Assembly: GCF_021869535.1 (NCBI RefSeq) | Contig: NW_026262712.1 | Location: 77,066,001-77,130,000, forward strand | DNA from: Mytilus californianus | Lineage: Eukaryota | Length of the DNA: 64,000 nucleotides | Direction of reading: 5' to 3' | Shown here: in pieces, positions 11,871-25,969 of the stretch | Numbering within the stretch: the stretch's first letter is position 1 | Layout: each line of letters starts with the position of its first letter | Made by a program: the position numbers and the translations under genes | The notes under the pieces: generated by a model | Databases searched by the model: none | Seen by the model: the letters and a program-made list of their open reading frames with translations, nothing else | What the model was told of the DNA's origin: nothing

Positions 11871-14800
11871 CACGGGTGTCATTCGGTATATCGAGAAAAA
11901 AGATCGTGAAAGAATACCTAAAGGTGGTCAAGTATTACGATTGGATCGTGAAAGCTCTGGTATAGGATCGTGAATTCAATCTTATCGAGAGGACATAATA
12001 ATGCAAGGTCAATTACTAATCTAATATAATGAATAATACGGACAAATTTACAAACAAATAAAACTGTCTGTCAAAATGGTTCAACATAATGATCAGTATC
12101 TCAGAAAAATCAAGGTTTAAAAGTAAACCGTTCTTACAAAACTACAAAATGCAGATTGCTCCTCGACATTTCAATGACATTAAATATGTAAATAAACAAG
12201 ATTTTTTTCATAATTCGAATGACTTAACAACTTTTCTTTGAAAAATGTCATTTCATTTTAATGATTCAAATGATTCTTACAGTTATTTTGTGTAAGCATA
12301 ATCAGAATTTTGGCAAAAAATTGGGAATATTTACAAATAAATGATTTTTTGGATCGTGAAAGATCGTGTACCGCTTTTTGAAGATCGTGAAAAGGATCGT
12401 GAAAGATCTGATGTTACGAAAACGTTCGACTCATTATTCAATTATATGGTAATTTATATTTTTAATTGGTATAGCAAATATTGGATTTGCATGACTCATT
12501 CCGGTTCTCTTTTGTTGGTGAATAGAGCTATAATCGTTCAATGCCATTGGATCTGATTATCTTATAATACCAAACCGACTAGGTGCCTTATAGCAATATC
12601 AGTCCTATTTTCCGTCCTTCATAAGTTTTGATTTCTTATACAAATTTAAGATTGAGAATAGAACTTAATCGGCTAAATTACAGTTCAAGCTGGGCATCAT
12701 GCACAATCGATCGCGAGGTACGTTGATTGGTAATTTTCCCCACTTATTGCATGTACAATGACGTATAGCTATTGTGAACAGACTGATCGAACAATCGAGT
12801 ACAAATAACGTTATCTTGGTACCTTTTTAGTTTATGTCAGCGCAGCCATGAAATAAACAATAAATTAGCCAATATTGTCATACGATGTACGCATGAACGA
12901 TACTCCTTATAACTGAAGTACACATCCCTTACAAAAAAAAAAAAAAAAAAAAACAAACGTACACATGCATATACTTCCAGGGTGGATGCATTAAGCATTA
13001 CAGATACATATATACTTTTACTTTTTCAAAAATTTACGCTCCTGAAGGTCCTTTTATCTTGGAGATCTACTTATCTAGACACGTTTTAGTTATTTTAATA
13101 ACTTTGAAGGAAAAGTGTTAAAAAAAAGTGAAAAAAAAATGAAAGCATTAATATCATTAAAATAATTACACGCTTCAATTAGTTGCAGGTATATCAATTG
13201 GTAAAAGATATATTGTTTTCTGATTATTAAGTATGGTCCATCGCGGGACGTTTGCGCTTTTTGATAGGACATTTGCACTAATTAATGGACATTTGCGCTT
13301 TTTCAATAGGACATTTTCGCTTTCTCAACATAACATGAAAAATCATTTAATATAAAAAAAAATACACAAAACATTCATACATTTATATACAGCTAAAAGC
13401 ATCAACCTTTCCCCATCATGCTTGTGTCAGATGAAAACATCAACACTCCAAGAGAGTTGATGGGAGTAAATTCTTTATTACAACCATAACTCTTTCTAAA
13501 ATTCAACAGGTACAGCAGGTGGTGTAAAAATAAAATTTCGTTCTTCAAAAATTGAAACAATCTTAGATAAACTATGATGGTACAGTTCCTCGGACTATCC
13601 ATGCAACAGAATAACCACAAGAGGAATACAGCTTCCAATTTTAATCCACTAATAAGGAAGCTAATTGAAGAATTTCGGTCAAAATTTAATTGTTCCGTCC
13701 GTTAAAGTTTCGTTTTCTCTATCGTTTACCGAGAAACCGGTGCTTTACACTTGCGCTCATTACCATTACATTTGCACGCAAAAATCATTACGTTTGCGCA
13801 CAGCTTTAGATTACATTTGCGCGCATTCTTTTAGAGATAAACTCAGGTAAATAAGGTAGATTATACTTATCTTTTTATTTAACTAATATTTTCGAGCACA
13901 AAAAGTCCATTTAATTACGCACACTCACTTAGTCCTGGAACAATATACAGATAAAAATGCAGAAAAATAGTAAATCTAAAGATTAAAAGTACTAATTTCA
14001 CACGTGGCAACATGCTCAAAAATATACGTAACACGCTTGGATTCTGCTGGATGCCCAAAGACTTGGAGCAAAATGGGAATCCAGTGAATATCTACGATGC
14101 ATCTCTATGAAATATCTCCTGACTTAAGTGATCTGTCTATGCGGAAAGTAAATACATCGTCCCCCCCCCTCCATTTATTTCTGACAAACGAATCTCCATG
14201 TGTGTGTCTTGGTGCAATTTTACAAATTGAATTGAATTATTCATTAAATTGCCATTTGGTGAAATAATGAAATAAAATGCTATTTACTCTGAAATATTCG
14301 CAAATGTAAGCAAAGGCTGCGCGCAAACGTAAACAGAAATTAATCCCCAAAAGCGCGAAAAATCTAATGCGCCTCCAGAAACGTATACTATATTCTTTAT
14401 AATATGTCTGGTTTACCCGAATTTTTTTTTTCTGAATTTCTCGTTTGTTCGGACGAACTTTAACATCTTTCCATGACATTTTGGTAAATTTTCTATAGAT
14501 TACAGGTATACAACTATTATAGGTAAAAAGCACGAATGTCTTGTCAATTTTGTTCAGGTGTAACAAAGTTAAAAGCGCAAATGTCCTTTAATGTTACAGG
14601 TAAAAAAGCACAAACGTCCTGCGTCTGTCTGGTCACGCATTGTCTTTCACGATCGAGATAATGCGTTGCTCGATCTTTCACGATCAAGCTTTAATGAAAA
14701 ATCAACAAAATTCAGTGTTTTTAAAAACAAAATGAACGGTTTCAAGGGAAAAAAAATTATATTTTACTGTATTATCTGTCACACAAAAGATTCAGTTTCA

Positions 14801-15159
14801 AATATATCATTATATTTTGGAATAATGTCATTATAGGTACAAAACTTGTTCTTTTTTTAATGAATCCCATAGACTTGTGTTGCACCTTTTGTGTTTTCTC
14901 ATAAAGTACTGCATATTTTATTTATCTTATTGCACAGTATTATTGAAAAAGTTGAATCATTTTGACAGACATAATTTTTTTTTCGGATTTGTTCCGCGTT
15001 TTGAAAATACAACAGATTTTTCACAGATTTTGAAGTAGAATTTTAATTAATTACATTCACGATCCGATACCAGATCTTTCACGATCCGATCGCAATGCTT
15101 GACCACCGTTATGTATTCTTTCACGATCTTTTCTCTCGATATACCGATTGACAGCCGTG
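11871..15159. mobile_element. Foldback-type DNA element with long TIRs and repeated GATCGTGAAA motifs, containing nested elements
   Basis: 11871-11985 is the reverse complement of ~15050-15159 (CACGG...CCGTG termini). Degenerate inverted similarity extends to ~12420/14630. No TSD found. Confidence 0.75.
13750..14375 (-). mobile_element. Internally deleted MULE derivative, copy A
   Basis: Minus strand FTFRIDRSLKSGDIS*RC (FLYWCH-like) fused to PSLWA...; homologous to 39420-40336. Confidence 0.7.
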
Positions 15160-15269
15160 AAGACAGAACAAAATGCACGTTACTACTGAGAAATAAGAGG
15201 TTGACAACAAAAAAATTTGACAACAAAAAAAAAAATCAAATCGCGGCGTGAAGTAGACGTGTCATAGAT

Positions 15270-15690
15270 ATATTATAAATGAAAACAACACTTAATAAAT
15301 TTCATGCGTACGACGCGCTTTTCTGAGTTCAGGAACGCTCAAAGCGAATATTTGAAAGCCAAGAATGTATAAGAACCGAAACAGTTGAAGAATTATATGA
15401 CAAAAAAGGACCGTGATAAAACAATAACCAAATACAGTCAACTTTACCTGAGGGAGTTGAAACCTTAGTTTTTAATCATTTATAAATTTATAAACGGACA
15501 ATTTAAGAAAGGTTATTTAATAAATCATGTCAGTACCGAAGAACGGACTACTGATCTGAGGATACCCTAGGGGACTGATAGTCACCAGCAGCGGTATTGA
15601 CAAAGTGCTGTAAAAATGAAAACAACACTTAATAAATTCATTCGCTCGAAGCTCTTTACTAGATTTATCTTCATCAGCAACGTCCATCTG
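15270..15690 (-). mobile_element. Retrozyme-like tandem dimer, HHR family 2 (degenerate), spacing ~345 bp
   Basis: Decayed HHR cores at ~15310-15340 and ~15645-15683; unit shared with 25980-26420. Confidence 0.55.
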
Positions 15691-17009
15691 TTTCAATGAA
15701 AAAAAATCTAGATACGAAATATACCTTCTAGTTTAGGTAGCATTCTTAGCAGCAATAAAACCTCTGTTTCTTTGCTTTTTTGTGTGTTTTCTGCTGTGCA
15801 TGTACTAATTTTGTGTCATGGATGGATACCCCGTATTGGAATACATATTGCGAGTACTCATTAATTAAATTGAAAAGTAGTTTATTGGACATCATCAATT
15901 AATCTGAACGTTAAACTAAATAACTTGACGAGATCACAAATGCTTTTTGTCTTTAAAAAGGCATTGTATGCATTTCCTTCATATGAATACAAAACAATTC
16001 TACGTGATGGTAAGGACGATTACTACATGAACCTATTTTAATACTTATCGTTTGTTGAAATATCAATCCACCAAATCCCTACAAACAAGTCCAGCATTTT
16101 AATTATATCGTCTTCGTTTTAAACCAAGACATATCTGAAACTCGATTATCAGTGGGGACTATCATTTACATTTCAGTTTAAATCTCTTTACCAATTTGTA
16201 AACTATGCAGTTTAGGCAAATTTGATATGCATATTTTGATGTCTTATTTATATTTTGCATCACATTAGATAGAAAAGAGTAATGGAATGAGGGTATTTAA
16301 ACGACCAGAACAGTAGCAGAACAACTTATGATATCTTACAAAAAGCATAAATATACATCTTATGAAAAAAGTAATTGTTTTGTCAAAAGAAATGTATTTT
16401 TAGTCCAGATGGTATACTTTTCGTTTACTGTTTTTCGTGTTAGTGCAATCTACACATGTATAAAGCTGATATTTTCTTACAAAAGTATATATCCCTAATA
16501 TAGATATAAGCAATGAAATGAAATCCACATTTATTTTTATTATTCACTGTTCTATAACAATAAACCTGCAATTAAGAAGTTAATTCAAATTTTACAGGTA
16601 GACATTGACTTCCGATGAAATATTGGGAAAAAGATTTGACCCTGTGAAACAGTCACTGTTGGATGAGATACTCAATATTTAATCGTTGTTCATTTGAATA
16701 TACCACAAATATTTAAAACGAAAATTTGGAAAGTTATTAAAATTAATTATTCATAATCATGTGCAATTTCAAAGTCGTGAAAAAAAAATATATAAATTTT
16801 GATGAGAAGGTGCGATAAAGCTCACGACTAAAAACAATTATCAAAGTTTCAAATCTGACAAGAATATCATTGTATGATGTCAATCACAGGATGTATAAGG
16901 TACGTACTAACTGAGACTAATACATGAAACTGGGATTAATCCCAATGACATTGCATATTACATTATATCACAGGTAGAATAATAGGCGCCTGATATTCCC
17001 AATATATAT

Positions 17010-17445
17010 AGCCCTGTATACCACGGGTTATCCGATGGAGAACGACTGTTGTAAAGTTGTCACATGTTTAGACGTATATAATTAAATTATAATTTGATGT
17101 GACGGCATAGGTAATTACATTATCATCCTTTCCGACGGACAAAGCATAGCTGATCTGAAAGATACACCATCCTACTTGCCATTATACATCATTTTCTGTG
17201 TTACAACCTAGATAAAGCCGGCGAGGAAAGGTATTACTCGTCAAACGAACACAATATTTTTATATAGCCTAGTTGGTCGAGTGGTCTAGGCCGCTGGATA
17301 CAGTGCAGGTGGTGGTGCCACGATGTCACAGAAGCAGGGTTTCGAATCCCGCTGAGGGAAGAACAAAAAATTTGCTTACGCAAATTTGCAGATCTAATAT
17401 TGTTGGGATAAATTTGAGACGAATTATATATATATATATACAACA
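17010..17445 (+). mobile_element. tRNA-like-head tandem-unit family, copy 1
   Basis: A box TGGTCGAGTGG (17274-17284), B-box-like TTCGAATCCC (17341-17350), (TA)n end. Upstream segments are homologous to 44905-45035 and 45230-45300. Confidence 0.7.
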
Positions 17446-18438
17446 GTTACGTGATTAATACTAGATTTTGTGAAATTATTTGCAACAAATATTAAAACGC
17501 AAATATTCTCTTGCAATAATGTTTACTAATTTTGAAAGCGTTTTTATTGATTACGACAGCATTTTTGTTTTGTTTTGTTATTTAATAGTTACTGATCTAA
17601 AGTACAAAATATTTGACCGATACCTGATCAGTGTAAGGAACAAAAATCATAGTGTGAATCAAATCGTCCATTAAGTTATTTCACCACTATAATCATAGAG
17701 TTTAATTTGTGAAATAGAATATGCCTAATTACCCATCAAATGTTTTAACGCTACATTTCATTTTTGTTAGATGTAAACAACAGAGAAATATATTACACAA
17801 ACAAGGGGTATCCTATTCTGTATACAATACACATTTGTCAGTAAGGTCATCAAATGATGATCGGGTTGTAGTTGTTCAATCTCCTTCAAGCAAAATTGTT
17901 GGCCACCAGATACGGTTAAACTAATTTAATTATAACTTATCATATTTCGTAATGACCATTTAGGCCGAACAAATGTATTCTGATGTAAATGTTATGTAGC
18001 CACCTTTTTTTATAAAGATTTAGATATCTCCTTCTATTCGTAATTTCTAAATGTTGGTATTTCCCAAAGTATTGGAAGGTATGCTCAATAACATAGAAAA
18101 TTTATATCAGTATTTTTTTTCCAGATCTTGAATTGTTGAATGATTGTTTGTTGTCTGATTAACGTCACAAGAGCTGGAAAACGTGAAGGAACATATAATC
18201 AATGTTGTGCCACAAGTGTCAAAGCTTCCTGCTTAGAATACGAACAACTGTCTGTTAAATAATTCAAATATCAATTGGGCTTTACAAAGGTGAGTTACCA
18301 GTTGCGTCGAAAGGGTAAGCATCTATATGCAACCGTGTCGGATTAACTTCAGTGAGATAAATACAATGTAGAACTCTCTGAAGAAAGTCATGAAAATAAA
18401 CATATGAACTCTGAATGAAACTAATGTAAGACAAAAAC

Positions 18439-18571
18439 CAGGCGCGGATCCAAACATTTTTAAAAGGGACGGGGAGGGGTTGATTCCAACCATATGTACC
18501 CATACACAAGCATTAGTTTTCAAACAAAAAAGGGGGTTTCTAACCCTAGAAACCCCGTGGATCCGCCACTG
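18439..18571. mobile_element. Small MITE with CAG(G/T)GCGGATCC-type TIRs
   Basis: caggcgcggatcc ... ggatccgccactg; aaaac on both flanks. Confidence 0.5.
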
Positions 18572-20098
18572 AAAACAGACAAGCATGTTACAATTCTAAA
18601 AAGCAAATCATTTCGGGGCACACAAAATCATCATCTTAGTCAACAAGACAGTCAACTAATCCCTACCAACAATTACCAATGCCATTTGGGGGGATAAGCA
18701 ACACATGTCAACAAAAAACCAGGCGTAAACTAGTGTGCTTCTGTGCTGTTGAAGGTTAAGCAGTTCCTGTTCCACCAGTTGCACCTGTCATGTTTGTTTG
18801 AGCAAACTTGGAAATGAGTATATTGTCTTATAGGTATAAATATGGAGGTTTTATTTACAGTAATTTGAATAAAACTTCTTCTCATGCTCCCTTTAGAGTT
18901 GATGATATTTCCTCAGTTTTAATCGATTAATAAGATTCAATTAACATCGGTAAACTAATGTTGCCAGTATGGACACGATAGTTATACATGTATAATGCTA
19001 ACAGGCGAATTCAACAGACGTATTAACAATGTATTAAAAGTGTACAAGAACCATAATTAAAATCATTTTTTTAAGTTTTGGTATATATTTGGGACAATTC
19101 CTTCATCAGTTTTCAACTTTTAAGATTAAATCGTCGTAAAATAATGCTTAATTCAATTTCAACATGTAAGATTTCAGTTTGGTTTTATGGCTATATTTAA
19201 GGTGAGACCCTTTTATAATTTGTTTAAATTTTTTTTTAAATGTAGCCTTACCATAATTTGTAAGTGAATTGTTTATATTATCATTCCTATCTAAGTGACG
19301 TCTAATTCAAGTATATGTAAAACGCCTTAAGGTTGTACACTATCCACAAAAATCATAAGGTTTTTCTCAGATAGCATTTCATACGACAAAACATTGTATT
19401 TATATATTGGTTACAATAATTAGTGAATTAGTACTAAAAGGGAAATATTTTATCTTTTCTTTCGTGGGATGTATTTCAATCGTTAAATGACACAAAATTA
19501 CAAATAATATGTTTGCAAGACTATTCAAATGTTCATTCATATATCAAACATGGAATTTATTTTTATTTTCAAAATAGGTAAGAAAACTTCGTAATAACAC
19601 ATTTTACTCTTACTTCTTTGAACTTCGATGATATTTTTAAAAAATGAAAAATAATTGTATTTATGTCTTTCATTATTTGATATAGCACTTAAAAATAGGT
19701 AAGAATTGGGAATAAAAGTTTTTAATTAAAAAAAATATTCATAAAAATCATTTATATACTATTTATTCCTAGGAATAGCAGGTATAAACCATATAATCCA
19801 TTTATTCATATGTGATAACTTCTTTTAAATAATTAATATTATATGTAATATCTATATCAACCGAATGAATTATCTATTTTATTTTATTTTATATTAATTT
19901 GTCTTTATTGTTGATACAAATTTGAATTCACCAGCGGGTGAAGATAATTGAAGCGAAAATTTGATAAGTTTCAACATTTCCTTCTATGTCGAAAGTTTGC
20001 CTCTATTAAAAAAAATAGCTGTTTTGTATACTGTTGTTTGTCTTTTGGTCGTTTTTCGTTTTTCTTTCCATGTCGTTGTCGGTTTGTCATCAACTTAT

Positions 20099-20308
20099 GA
20101 GTTTGAAAATCCATTTGGTATCTTCCGCCGCTCTTTACGGGAGTTTGAATATCCATTTGGTATATTCCGCCGCTGCTTACGGGAGTTTGAATATCCATTT
20201 GGTATCTTCCGCCGCTGCTTACGGGAGTTTGAATATCCATTTGGTATCTTCCGCAGCTCTTTACGGGAGTTTGAATATCCATTTGGTATCTTCCGCCGCT
20301 CTTTACGG
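20099..20308. repeat. 42-bp minisatellite, 5 copies, formed from a PLE terminal-repeat end
   Basis: Unit gagtttgaatatccatttggtatcttccgccgctctttacgg; explains four spurious overlapping ORFs. Confidence 0.92.
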
Positions 20309-20489
20309 GTCATGTAATGCACGAAATGTCTTACACTGAATGACTCAAAGACGTCAAATAAACAATACCACGTCAGATGGCAATTAACTAATTTCTCCGA
20401 CTTTTTAAACCTTTTAAACACTATCCTGGAAAATTCTAAAAATAGAGAAAAATTAATAGAGAAGGAATAGGTCTTTACGTGAACAAATA

Positions 20490-21090
20490 AGTTCTCTTCT
20501 TCTTCCGAATACGGGAGTAGACTCCTAGGTAGGAGTGTAAAACTTCCCGGAACTTGTGTGCTATGTACATATGGACTTAATTTAAAAATAATATGACAAA
20601 GAAAAATCATTAACAATAACATATATACATTATGTACAGTGGCTTTGTAGTTTAATAAGTTGTTGTGGATCCTTCAAATGTTAGAGTTGATATGCCACTT
20701 TTGAAGGATTCCAGGGTGTCAGACATACCTATTGCTTCAGGTAGTGAGTTCCAGTCCGAAATAGTGCGAGGATAAAAAGAAAATTTATAGAAATCTTTAT
20801 TTGTTGATATTTGCCTAAATTTATGTTTCCCCCTAGTACGGCTATCAGATATTGTAAAATTGACCTTAGGAACTTCCACTAACCCCCAATTTATTTTATA
20901 TAGCATAGTTAATCTAGCTTTTTTCCTTCTTATTTCTAAATTTTCCCATTCCAATGATTTAATTAAATTTGAAACTGCTCCAGGTGATCTGTCTTTATAA
21001 TCATTGAAGACAAACCTGGCTGCCTTACGCTGTACCTGCTCAACCTGAGTGATGTGTTGCTTTTTGTACGGATCCCATACAGGGGAAGAG
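20490..21090 (-). mobile_element. 5'-truncated CR1/L2-group LINE: uninterrupted ORF2 C-terminus, 3' UTR stem-loop and (GAA)n tail
   Basis: YSSPVWDPY...VEQVQRKAARFV...LEIRRKKARLTMLYKI...FSFYPRTISDWNSLP; hairpin actcct-aggt-aggagt (20521-20536). Confidence 0.85.
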
Positions 21091-22371
21091 TATGGTTTAA
21101 ACAATAATGAGAGAACCGTATGCTTTAATTATTTCAATAGATTATATGGTCATTTAATGGAGTTGCTAATCTCTTGTATTGTATTTCCATGCTATCACTT
21201 ATCTCTTTACAATAACTCTGATACTGTGTATCATTCGCTTCATTCACTATCTGCCGGTCTGGTAATTACGACACCCGGATCTGGGCAAATAAATAAAGCT
21301 AGCGGAGCTGAAAATTATGCGGAGACACTGCGCAAAACATCATCCTAGAATTCAATACATGTGTAGGCTCAGATTTAATGAACTCTAGATAATTTGTACC
21401 TATCTTAATAATATATATTTAATCATTCACTCATTCAATTTCCGCTTTTTAAATATATTTTTATGCTGTTAAGATTGTTCATTTGTATGATTTCATCAAG
21501 ATTGTCTGATTTCATACAAAAGAAAATTGTCCTTCGTTGAAATAATTGACAATTTTGGTTTGATATCAATTTTATTTTTCCTTTCAGTTGAAAAGTTGTA
21601 GATAATTTGTTTCACAATGTTCGCTTATTAAGCCAAATATTGTCGGACGGGAAGATAATATCTGAATTGAATTGAAGTAGGACAAAAGTTGCTGTCAATT
21701 CGGTGGCGAAACAATAGAGATCACCCGGCTTAGGTTACACGATGGCACTCTCCCCTCCCATGTCAACACCAAACAGTTGATTAAACTCCAACAAAAGCTT
21801 TGCCGCTAAAATAAATATTAAAAGGAAAACCATATATTTGATTAAGAAAATAAATTTTGAAAGAAAACTATTTTATTTTATTGTACTGCAATTTTTTTGT
21901 TTAAATAAAGTCGTTCTCGAATATAAATTTTATATTCTTTAATTCAAAGGAGTGGAAATTAAACATGAAAGAAAAAAAATATCAATGTTTTTGAGCATTG
22001 AAAAAGTAAAGTTTGATAAGACTTAATTCCTGGTGTTTAAATACGTTCTATTGACAGTTATTGGCTTTGTGAAGAAGTTGTTCATTTACATTTATCAAAG
22101 AGTGGTTGAATCTGGAATATTTCTTACATTTCAGCGACTATTTGAACGTTTGTAGAACAACTTTGGAATAAATAAACAGATGTGTCTATGGCTCATCCTT
22201 AGGAATTCAAACGTTACAGTAATCGTTTACAAGCGAACCGTTGCAGCCTTTCGCCAGTGTATTGGTATTTCGCCCACAGCCATGTCAACAACTATAACTT
22301 TTCTATATTGGATGACACTTCTTAAGGCACGGTGACAATAGTATCTCAACCGGATACCCTCATTGTAAACA

Positions 22372-22399
22372 ATGCGTCACAGAAGTACCTTATTCGCAA
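22372..22399 (+). CDS. Candidate first coding exon (MRHRSTLFA, phase 1) of the secreted protein
   Basis: AAACAATG start context, perfect GTAAGT donor (22400-22405). Splicing to 35203 gives MRHRSTLFAILCLCLKTAA-LQD, a textbook signal peptide. Confidence 0.55.
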
Positions 22400-23464
22400 G
22401 TAAGTTTTACGTAATATATATTTTTATTGTGATTTTATTTTCCATAACTGAATTAAGTTTTGTGCTTTTCGATTTCAAACAATTTATTCTTCAAGTCATA
22501 TTTGTTAAAACTTAAAAACCATGACTGTTTTTTTCCAGCTTCAGCAATAAACTTTTCATTTATCTATTCAAAGTTAGTTTGCTTTGTGATACCTTATGCA
22601 AAGCGTAAAAGGTTTATTAAGTCCAATTCTTAACTATAACATTTTTTTGAAAATTAAACTAGTATCGTTGTTTTGTAAAAAACAAGGATTATTTAAAATG
22701 GTTATTATTGTATTTTCAATGCAAATAATAGAAACCAAGAACTTATTTGATAGATAAGAAAACTCTTTGCAGTCAAATATTTTGGTAAAAAAACTAAAAA
22801 TTTTCCCATAATTGTCACAATGGCGTGTAAACATCAATACAACAAAAAGGCGTATACCCACTGATCAGTCATTTGTTTTTTTACTTTTATGTATGTTTCT
22901 TTTCATGAAAGGTACAACTTTAACCTTGATGAACCCTTATATCTGGTTTTATTGTTAAACTATTATAATTATTTAACACATCATTGACAAAATACGAAAA
23001 TGAAAAATACATAAATATTATCATATTAGCATTTAATGTCCACTTGAAATATCAAGTTCTACAAAAATATTGAAGACAATAATTGTTTATTTCATTTTTT
23101 TTTTTGGTTTATATTGATTGAAAAAAGACGTAAACAATTGTAGTTAGTTTCAGTTCCATGCACCTTAAACAAACAATTTACATACAAAGCAAGAGTTTCC
23201 AGATAAACATTAACCATCTCTATGTGAAAAATACGTGCTCTTGCACTTATGATGGTTGTTAATTTAAAAATAGTTTAAAAGCATTTTTTCAATAGATAAA
23301 AAAAAAATATTTCAGATCTTGAAACATTTTTTAAAATCAAATTTTGAATGCATTATAGATACTTTAGTTATAATTGGCTCCGATAGCAACAAAAATACAA
23401 AAATTCAATCGCACTAAATCGAGATTATAATTCAGTTTTTTCATGTTTGGGACTTTTTATTCTA

Positions 23465-23760
23465 TAATTGATTGATTGCTGTTTGCTTAACATCGAGTAC
23501 ACATATCTCATGCATATTCAAGACGAGAACAAATTAACAATAGATCCAATAGGTACGTTCTACCAAGTGGATCTTCCGGCAATAAGTGAGGAGATTTCGA
23601 CTGCTACTGGCAAATCGGAAATGGAAAGGGGGGGGGGGGTTGTTTGATAATGCAGACATTTTCTGTCATCCCTCAAAGAGTTACGAGTTTAGAAGACAGC
23701 CATATCCCTACACGAGAAAACAAATTTCAGTTTCACATTCCGACCGGACGGCCCTCTTAA
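23465..23760 (-). mobile_element. SINE-like repeat with (AATC)n tail; related pieces at ~50555-50625 and ~51300-51620
   Basis: Shared gattgattg...gcttaac...catgcatattcaagacgagaac and cacattc.gacc.gacg blocks. Confidence 0.45.
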
Positions 23761-24229
23761 ACATAAGAGATATCTTCAAGTTAATCCTATGATATTTCCT
23801 CAAGGTTTTATCATACCGCTCAGATCATCTTAAAATTTTGTATAACTGCTTTGCGATGATAACAAGACTTGAATCGATAAGATAGTTTACAATCCAGAGA
23901 TTTAAACGATTGGATAACATCAAGTTTCACCTAAGGGAATAATTGAAAGACGTCAAAACATTAAAAAGTCCAAAAAGTTAAGAAGAAGTGTTTAATAAAA
24001 ATCAGTGAAATAGCAATGATTTTATGCATTTATAAAAATCAGGAGATAGTTGTCTTTGAGTTTATGCCTATTAAACCATTGCTGTGTTCTCAGTTCCTGT
24101 ATTAAATGTGTTTTTTTTTCATATTCACATGTTTGTTGACATCATTGTTTAAAATTGGATTAGATAACTTACTCACTTCTTTTCTCGAATGGAGTTGGTT
24201 TATCACTTTCATTTGAAATGTTAATCTGT

Positions 24230-25240
24230 CTGGAATAAGGTTCGAGTTAATCATAAGCCTGGTATCTTTGATGAATTTATGATACTATTTGGTCAATACC
24301 ACTTCTTGTGGATGTTTCTCCTCTAAAGTATCACCAGACCAGTGGCCAATGTTCCGTCGCGTACTTGAAATATAGATGTTGTCATTGTATGCAAACTTTC
24401 AATATACAGAATGTTAAATTCTTTTGAAATAAGAAGGTTTCCTTTCCTTCTTCCTTAATAAAGATGGCCTTAAATCAAATTTGGCACAACTTTTTGTAAT
24501 TTTATTTTCAATGCTCCTCAACTTGGCAATTAAAAGTGATTCGAGTTGATACAACTGCTGGTGGACATTTCGAGGGAGGAGGGGTTATATACCAGCTCAG
24601 TAATTAATACTCAGGTTGGACATGAAATATTTTGAATTCGGTCATTTTCTGTTAAATTTCTGTTCACATAAGGTTAAAATCTTTTGAATTATTCAGTTGT
24701 AATTACCTGTAGCGATAGATGGCGTGAGCCAGATTTTGCAGTATATCGACATTGGTGTTTCGCCACTAATGAGTCTAATGTCTGGCGTTTTTATTATTTT
24801 TGATGAATTTTCAAAGATTGAAAACTGTTTCACCTTTTTCGGTAGTTATGATCCTGAATATCATTTTTAATTTGCCCTTCCAATTGTTCTGATTTGAGCG
24901 TCATTTATGTGTATAATGTAAACAAAACGCACGTTTAACGTTCCAGATTATTATAAGTCTGGTATCTTTGGTGAGTTTTTACAACCACTGGTTCGACACA
25001 ACTGTTGGTGGATATTTTGTCCACGAGGAAATCACTCATGACATAATATCATTGATATTTTCTGTAAATTCACTGTTCATAAAATGTTGAATTATTCGAA
25101 CACTAAAGTTTCGTTACCCCAGGCATAGTTTGACTCAGCCGTATTTGGCACAACGTTTCGGAATTTAACTGTTTTGATTTGAGCGTCACCGGTGGGTCTT
25201 TTGTAGACGAAACGCTCTTCTGACGTACCAGATTCTAATC
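24230..25240 (+). mobile_element. Degenerate tandem array of HHR family-1 units (retrozyme-like)
   Basis: Repeated ctggtatctttg..., ctgctggtgga, tttggcacaac blocks; decayed HHRs at ~24765, ~24896 and 25181-25226 (CCGGTGG replaces CTGATGA). Confidence 0.6.
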
Positions 25241-25692
25241 CTGTTATTTTTGTTGAGTGTTTACCTTCTCGACTACCAATTAGTTGCAATAAAAAAAACC
25301 TGTTGTGAAAATACCTTATACCTTACTGTAAATAAAGGCAACAGTAGTATACCGCTGTTCAATAGTCATAAATTGATTAAGCGAAAAAATTGAGCGTTAG
25401 TAGACTTTACATTTTCAAATTACGCATCGCAAACAATGTATTTTTTTAAAAACTCAAGTCGGTGTCCAGTATGTAAAGATATCAATTGTAGATAAGCGGC
25501 AATAGTAGTATACATATGTTCTTATCAGATAGTAGAGTTGTATTCATACACATTTAGAGATATACATGTACATGAAAAGACGTCTGAGCAATGTCACAAC
25601 CGAAAGAGTTTTTTCTTTTTTGTTCTTTAGGTTTTTTTTCTGTTTTTTGTTTTGTTTAACCCAAGCTTCATTACATGAGAATAACACTAGAT

Positions 25693-25969
25693 CAATCTAT
25701 TTAAAATATAGATCTCGGATTTCGTTATACTACGTTATACTACATACGAGGTATGTAGTATAACGTAGTATAACGAAATCCGAGATCTATATTTTAATTA
25801 GATTGAAGTATGTAGTATAACGTAGTATAACGAAATCCGAGATCTATATTTTAATTAGATTGAACTAAAATATAGATCTCGGATTTCGTTATACTACGTT
25901 ATACTACATACGAGGTATGTAGTATAACGTAGTATAACGAAATCCGAGATCTATATTTTAATTAGATTG
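25693..25969. mobile_element. Palindromic foldback MITE with a 10-bp TSD and internally duplicated arms
   Basis: TSD AACACTAGAT at 25683-25692 and 25970-25979; 55-bp arms around a GAG loop. Confidence 0.85.

Noticed and set aside
17265-17350. tRNA gene
   Set aside because: A/B boxes are present but there is no cloverleaf or anticodon arm; it is a repeated SINE-like head (same for 45045, 27406, 62846).
19550-19577. Alternative first exon MEFIFIFKI|GTAAG, also phase 1
   Set aside because: Possible, but gives a poorer signal-peptide n-region than 22372-22399 and lies in very AT-rich sequence; kept only as a fallback.
19961-20622. Four overlapping 101-175 aa ORFs with repeated peptides (EFEYPFGIFRRSLR etc.)
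   Set aside because: They come from a stop-free 42-bp (3x14) minisatellite at a repeat terminus; no splice or start context.
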